64,000 nucleotides of DNA from contig CAVYLP010000004.1 in NCBI GenBank assembly GCA_963769425.1, forward strand, positions 160,001 to 224,000, written 5' to 3'. Every line of letters begins with the position of its first letter. Within the stretch, counting starts at the first letter, position 1. This document shows positions 59,398-64,000 of this stretch, in pieces. A program made the position numbers and the translations under genes. This stretch comes from Candidatus Bathyarchaeota archaeon. GTDB lineage: Archaea > Thermoproteota > Bathyarchaeia > TCS64. The notes below the pieces were generated by a model. That model worked only from the letters and a program-made list of their open reading frames with translations, made no database searches and had not been told where the DNA came from.

Positions 59398-62055
59398 TTA
59401 CTTCTTCTTCTCGCTCAGGATGGCAATCCTCGCGGCTGCGAGGCGCGCCACCGGTATGCGGAAGGGGCTGCAGCTCACATAATCGAGCCCTGCCTCATGG
59501 AAGAAGTAGATGCTCTCTGGGTCACCGCCGTGTTCACCGCAGATGCCTATCTTGATCTTCGGGTTTGCGGGGCGCGCCAGCTTGACGCATATCTTCACCA
59601 ACTCGCCGACGCCTTTCGTGTCGAGTGTCTGGAATGGGTCGTCGGGGAGTATCTTCTTTTCCACGTAGATGGGGAGGAAGGTGCCCTGGGCATCGTCCCT
59701 GCTCAGACCCATCCCCGTCTGCGTCAGATCGTTTGTGCCGAAGCTGAAGAAGTCGCACTCCTTCGCCATCTCGTCCGCTGTCAACGCGGCGCGGGGCATC
59801 TCGATCATCGTCCCATACTTGAAGACGATCTTCTCACCGTACTTCTTCATCGCCTCGTCGTATGCCTTTACCACGAAAGGCTTCAGATATGCCAGCTCGC
59901 GCCACGTGATGGTGCCAGGGATCATTATCTCCGGGTGCGGGTCATCCCCCTCCTTTTTCAGCTCGCAGGCCGCCTCAAAGATGGCCTTCGTTTGCGTCTC
60001 GTAGATTTCAGGGTACAGCACGCCAACACGGCAGGCACGCAGCCCGATCATAGGGTTTGCCTCCTGAATCCTACGGACCTTCCCAAGGAGGACGCGCTTC
60101 GCCTCTATCTCCTTCTTCGGCGCCTTCGCCTTCTCCATCTCATAAATCTCGGTGATTACGTCAACCTCGTGTGGCATGAACTCGTGGAGCGGCGGGTCGA
60201 GGAGCCTGATCTGGACCGGCTTGCCCTTCATCGCCCTGAGCAGGGTCTTGAAGTCCTTCTTCTGCATGGGCAGCAGCTTATCGAGGGCCTTTTGGCGGTC
60301 CTCCTTTGTATCCGCCATAATCATCTCGCGGACCAAAGCCACACGCTCGACGCCGAGGAACATACGCTCCGTGCGGGTTAGCCCGATGCCGGCAGCGCCG
60401 TTCTCGTACGCCTTTATCGCATCCTTCTCGTCGTTAGCGTTCGCCCAGACGCCGAGGCGCCTGTACTTGTCCGCCCATCCGAGGAGCGTCGCGACCTCCC
60501 CGCCCACCTTAGGCTCGATGAACTCGACCTCGCCTACGTAGACGTCCGCCGTGAGGCCGTCGATGGTGATGAGGTCGCCCTTCTTCACCACCGTCTCCCC
60601 CACCTTGAAGACCTCCTTGTCGAGGTCGATGTGTAGGGCCTCGCAGCCGACTATCGCCGGCTTACCGATTCCTCGGGCGACGATTGCGGCGTGGCTCGTC
60701 ATGCCGCCACGGCTGGTGAGCACGCCCTCGGCGGCGACCATGCCCGCGATGTCCTCGGGCGTCGTCTCCGGACGCACCAGTATGACCTTCTTACCCGCGG
60801 CCTTCCACTCCTCCGCCTCCTTGGGCACAAACACAACCTGCCCAGTCGAGGCACCCGGGGAAGCGGGTAGCCCGCGACAGATTGCCTTCTTCCCAGTCGC
60901 TGGGTCGATCGTCTTGTGGAGCAGAAGCTCGATCTGTTTAGGCTCGACGCGGAGGATCGCCTCCTTCTCGTCTATGAGCTTCTCCCCCACCATGTCGACG
61001 GCGCACTTCACCGCAGCCTTCGCCGTCCTCTTCGCGTTGCGGCACTGCAGCATGTAGAGGACGCCCCTCTCGATGGTGAACTCGACGTCCTGCATGTCCT
61101 TGTAATGGGACTCGAGTTTCCCTACTATGTCGACTAGCTCCTTGTGGATCGTGGGCATCTGCTTCTTCAGGTCGTCGAGGCCGATGGGGGTGCGTATCCC
61201 CGCGACGACGTCCTCGCCCTGCGCGTTGAAGAGAAGCTCGCCGAGTATCTTCTTCTCGCCGCTGCTCGGATCACGTGTGAAAAGCACGCCGCTCCCCGAA
61301 TCGTCTCCGAGGTTACCGAAGACCATCGTCTGAATGTTGCAGGCGGTCCCCATGTCGTCCGGGATCCTCTCCATCTTCCTGTATGTGATGGCCCTCGGCG
61401 TGTTCCAGCTGTTGAAGACCGCCGCGATGGCAAGCCTCAATTGCTCGTAAGGGTCCTCCGGGAACTCTCTCTTCACAACCTTCTTGTAGAGCTTCTTCTG
61501 CTCGATGACTACCGCCTTCAGTGCCTTTGCGCTTAGCTCGGGGTCAGTCTTGACCCCCTCCTTATTCTTCCAAGCCTCGTGGACCGCGTCGAACTCCTTA
61601 CGCTCAGCCCCCATGACGACGTCGGCGAACATTGTCACGAAGCGCCTGTAAGCATCGTAGACGAAGCGCTCGTCCTTCGTGAGCTTGGCCAGGCCGGCGG
61701 CGACCTCGTCGTTGATGCCGAGGTTGAGGACGGTGTCCATCATGCCAGGCATGCTGCGTGGAGCCCCGCTGCGGACCGAGAAGAGGAGCGGATTCTTACC
61801 GTCCCCGAACTTCTTACCCGTCGCCTTCTCGACTCTCTTCAGGTGCAGGAGCACATCCTCCCAGAGACCATCTGGGAAGTTTCCTTTCGCCGCGAAGAAC
61901 TCGGCGCAAGTTTTCGTCGTTATCGTGAAGCCGGGCGGGACGCGCAGCCCCATGTTCACCATCTCGGCGAGGTTCGCGCCCTTGCCGCCCAGCAGATCCT
62001 TCATGTCCTTATTTCCCTCAGCGAAGTCGTAGACACGCTTTACCATCGAAGTCAA
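59398..62055 (-). CDS. ppdK: pyruvate, phosphate dikinase
   Basis: LGGKGANL, SVRSGA..SMPGMMDT, GGMTSHAA (phospho-His), FSFGTNDLTQ, GICGEHGG. Confidence 0.97.
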   Translation of the reverse strand: MTSMVKRVYDFAEGNKDMKDLLGGKGANLAEMVNMGLRVPPGFTITTKTCAEFFAAKGNFPDGLWEDVLLHLKRVEKATGKKFGDGKNPLLFSVRSGAPRSMPGMMDTVLNLGINDEVAAGLAKLTKDERFVYDAYRRFVTMFADVVMGAERKEFDAVHEAWKNKEGVKTDPELSAKALKAVVIEQKKLYKKVVKREFPEDPYEQLRLAIAAVFNSWNTPRAITYRKMERIPDDMGTACNIQTMVFGNLGDDSGSGVLFTRDPSSGEKKILGELLFNAQGEDVVAGIRTPIGLDDLKKQMPTIHKELVDIVGKLESHYKDMQDVEFTIERGVLYMLQCRNAKRTAKAAVKCAVDMVGEKLIDEKEAILRVEPKQIELLLHKTIDPATGKKAICRGLPASPGASTGQVVFVPKEAEEWKAAGKKVILVRPETTPEDIAGMVAAEGVLTSRGGMTSHAAIVARGIGKPAIVGCEALHIDLDKEVFKVGETVVKKGDLITIDGLTADVYVGEVEFIEPKVGGEVATLLGWADKYRRLGVWANANDEKDAIKAYENGAAGIGLTRTERMFLGVERVALVREMIMADTKEDRQKALDKLLPMQKKDFKTLLRAMKGKPVQIRLLDPPLHEFMPHEVDVITEIYEMEKAKAPKKEIEAKRVLLGKVRRIQEANPMIGLRACRVGVLYPEIYETQTKAIFEAACELKKEGDDPHPEIMIPGTITWRELAYLKPFVVKAYDEAMKKYGEKIVFKYGTMIEMPRAALTADEMAKECDFFSFGTNDLTQTGMGLSRDDAQGTFLPIYVEKKILPDDPFQTLDTKGVGELVKICVKLARPANPKIKIGICGEHGGDPESIYFFHEAGLDYVSCSPFRIPVARLAAARIAILSEKKK

Positions 62056-62308
62056 CTCTCAGATGCAAACCCTGAAGCGCATGACATTCATAAATGTACC
62101 TTAAGCGACGCTGGATCACCTCATCCTTAATATTCAATAAATTGATAATATTTCGAATTGCCGTCATTTATACGGATTATCAGGCGAAATGGGTCGGAAA
62201 TTTAGCTCAGTTTCACTAAATATGCCCACTTTCCGCCATCTCTAAGGTTTTTAAGAAAGAGTTATAAACGCCGCCTGATTCCATATATTAGTCTTTCGGA
62301 GTGGTTCT

Positions 62309-63232
62309 TTGGCAGCGACACTGCGGAGTAAGACTGTCTGCACCGAGTGCGGTAGCACGAACCTCCTTCGCGACTACGACTCGGGCGAGCTCGTTTGTGA
62401 AAAGTGTGGCTTCGTCCTCTCCACAACGCTCATCGACCAAGGCCCTGAGTGGCGGGCTTTTGATCAGGAGCAGAGGGACAAGCTGCCTCGCGTAGGCGCC
62501 CCCGTGACGTGGACGATACACGACAAGGGCCTGAGCACCACCATCGGCTGGCAGGACAGAGATGCCTCCGGGCGTAGGCTTAGCCCCGAGGAGCGCGCCA
62601 GGCTCTACCGCCTCCGCAAGTGGCAGCGCCGAAGCAAGGTAAGCGACTCAACCCAGCGCAACCTCGCACACGCCCTCAGCGAGATGAGCAAGATCGCCTA
62701 CAAACTCAACCTCCCGAGGAACGTTATCGAGACATCGAGCATGATCTACCGCCGCGCTATACAGAAGCAGCTAATCAGGGGCCGCACTATACAGAGCGTC
62801 GCCGTCGCAAGCATCTACATGGCGTGCCGCCAATGCAACATTATCAGGACCCTTGAGGACGTCGCCGTCGCCGCCAATATCACGAAGAAGGAAGCGGCCC
62901 GCAACTACAGGTTCCTCCTCAGGGAGCTACAGCCAGATGTCCCGCAAGTCGACCCGCACGGCTATATCAGCAAAATCGTTAACAAACTCGCACTCACAGG
63001 CGAGACTGAGATGCTCGCTATGGGCATCCTCAAGAAGGCATCGAACCTCCGACTAACGAGCGGCCGCGGACCATCCGGTATTGCAGCTGCCTGTATCTAC
63101 ATAAGCAGTCAGCTCACCGACGAGCGCCGAACTCAAGGTGAGATAGCCAAGGAGGCCCAGGTGACCGAGGTCACAATCAGGAACCGCTACAAGGAGCTCG
63201 CCCAGCGCCTCGATTTCACGGTGAGCCTCTAA
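62309..63232 (+). CDS. tfb: transcription initiation factor IIB
   Basis: CTECG..CEKCG Zn ribbon, GPEWRAF, HDKGLST, RGR, VTEVTIRNRYKEL. Confidence 0.97.
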   Translation: MAATLRSKTVCTECGSTNLLRDYDSGELVCEKCGFVLSTTLIDQGPEWRAFDQEQRDKLPRVGAPVTWTIHDKGLSTTIGWQDRDASGRRLSPEERARLYRLRKWQRRSKVSDSTQRNLAHALSEMSKIAYKLNLPRNVIETSSMIYRRAIQKQLIRGRTIQSVAVASIYMACRQCNIIRTLEDVAVAANITKKEAARNYRFLLRELQPDVPQVDPHGYISKIVNKLALTGETEMLAMGILKKASNLRLTSGRGPSGIAAACIYISSQLTDERRTQGEIAKEAQVTEVTIRNRYKELAQRLDFTVSL

Positions 63233-63261
63233 GTCTTTATCCAACCCACGCTTCTAATCCC

Positions 63262-63861
63262 GTGACCTCCTTGGGTGACCAGTTTCTCGTTTTCACCGGC
63301 AGGCCCAACGCGGGCAAGAGCAGCATAATCCGCGCAGTCACCGGCTTAAAGGTCGACGTCGGTAAGGACCCCGGCACAACCCAGAAGATAATGCGCTACC
63401 CCGTCGCAGAGGGCCTCACCCTCATAGACATGCCCGGCTACGGCAAGAGCCTCCGAAGCAGCCGCGGAAAGCAGGAGGAGACCAAGGACGACATACTCGA
63501 CTTCCTCGAACTACACGCGGGGAGCATCGCCGTCGCCGTCCACGTCGTCAACGTAAGTACCTACCTCGAGACCGAGATGCGCCTCGCCAAGAAGGGCTTC
63601 ATACCACTCGACGTCGAGATGGTCCACTTCATGAAGAGGGACCTAGGCATCACCGTCCTCGTAGCCCTCAACAAGATAGACAAGGGGCCCAAAGACTACA
63701 TAGAGGACAACGTGGAGGCCATCAAGGAGGGGCTTGGCCCATCGATCCCCGTCTTCCCCGTGAGCGCACGCACCGACGAGGGCGTCGGGGCACTCAAGGA
63801 AGAGGTCAGGAAACGTCTGGCCCTCAGGGGCTTCCAGAGTCCCTTCGAGAACATGCACTAG
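63262..63861 (+). CDS. engB: GTP-binding protein EngB
   Basis: GRPNAGKSS, PGTT, DMPGYG, NKID, SA. Confidence 0.85.
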   Translation: MTSLGDQFLVFTGRPNAGKSSIIRAVTGLKVDVGKDPGTTQKIMRYPVAEGLTLIDMPGYGKSLRSSRGKQEETKDDILDFLELHAGSIAVAVHVVNVSTYLETEMRLAKKGFIPLDVEMVHFMKRDLGITVLVALNKIDKGPKDYIEDNVEAIKEGLGPSIPVFPVSARTDEGVGALKEEVRKRLALRGFQSPFENMH

Positions 63862-64000
63862 CTACTGCTCGCAGCCGACTACGCCCGCGGCGTCCACAGC
63901 GAAGCGGGCCTTGTCCTCTGGGAGGTAGGGGGAGTCGATTATGGTGGCCAGCCTGGTATTCTCTTTACCCTTACGGAGGTAGACTCGGTGGGTGCAGGCG
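63862..64000 (-). CDS. radA: C-terminus of a RadA-family recombinase (partial)
   Basis: manual translation ACTHRVYLRKGKENTRLATIIDSPYLPEDKARFAV. Confidence 0.8.
   Translation of the reverse strand, partial: ACTHRVYLRKGKENTRLATIIDSPYLPEDKARFAVDAAGVVGCEQ

Overview
Archaeal chromosomal window (archaeal histone, TFB, Nep1, Dph6, DTD2, archaeal-type ThrRS, RadA; many TTG/GTG starts). Gene content suggests a Bathyarchaeia-like anaerobe, which is an inference. The GC-rich backbone carries housekeeping and catabolic genes (purB, Etf-linked dehydrogenase, kynU, rhaAB, CoA-transferase, ppdK). Scattered single-base frameshifts, even in purB, suggest an indel-prone assembly. Two accessory regions stand out. 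(1) About 46.3-57.2 kb: an island built around a CRISPR-less, PolB-less 'solo' cas1 with a divergent regulatory/Zn-finger module, a second decayed cas1 3' end, very AT-rich defence-like cargo, and three copies of a palindromic TTTGGGGGATA-N6-TA(T/G)C(CCC) motif that split the island into tandem units. (2) About 27.7-31.8 kb: four unrelated single genes separated by an ~100-bp repeat that shares the GGATAAGA(C) core, resembling a gene-cassette array. Other notable items are a GGTACC-rich intergenic array (17.8-18.2 kb), a split ThrRS with a structured 5' leader, and a catalytically degenerate NrdD. No CRISPR array, tRNA or rRNA was recognised.
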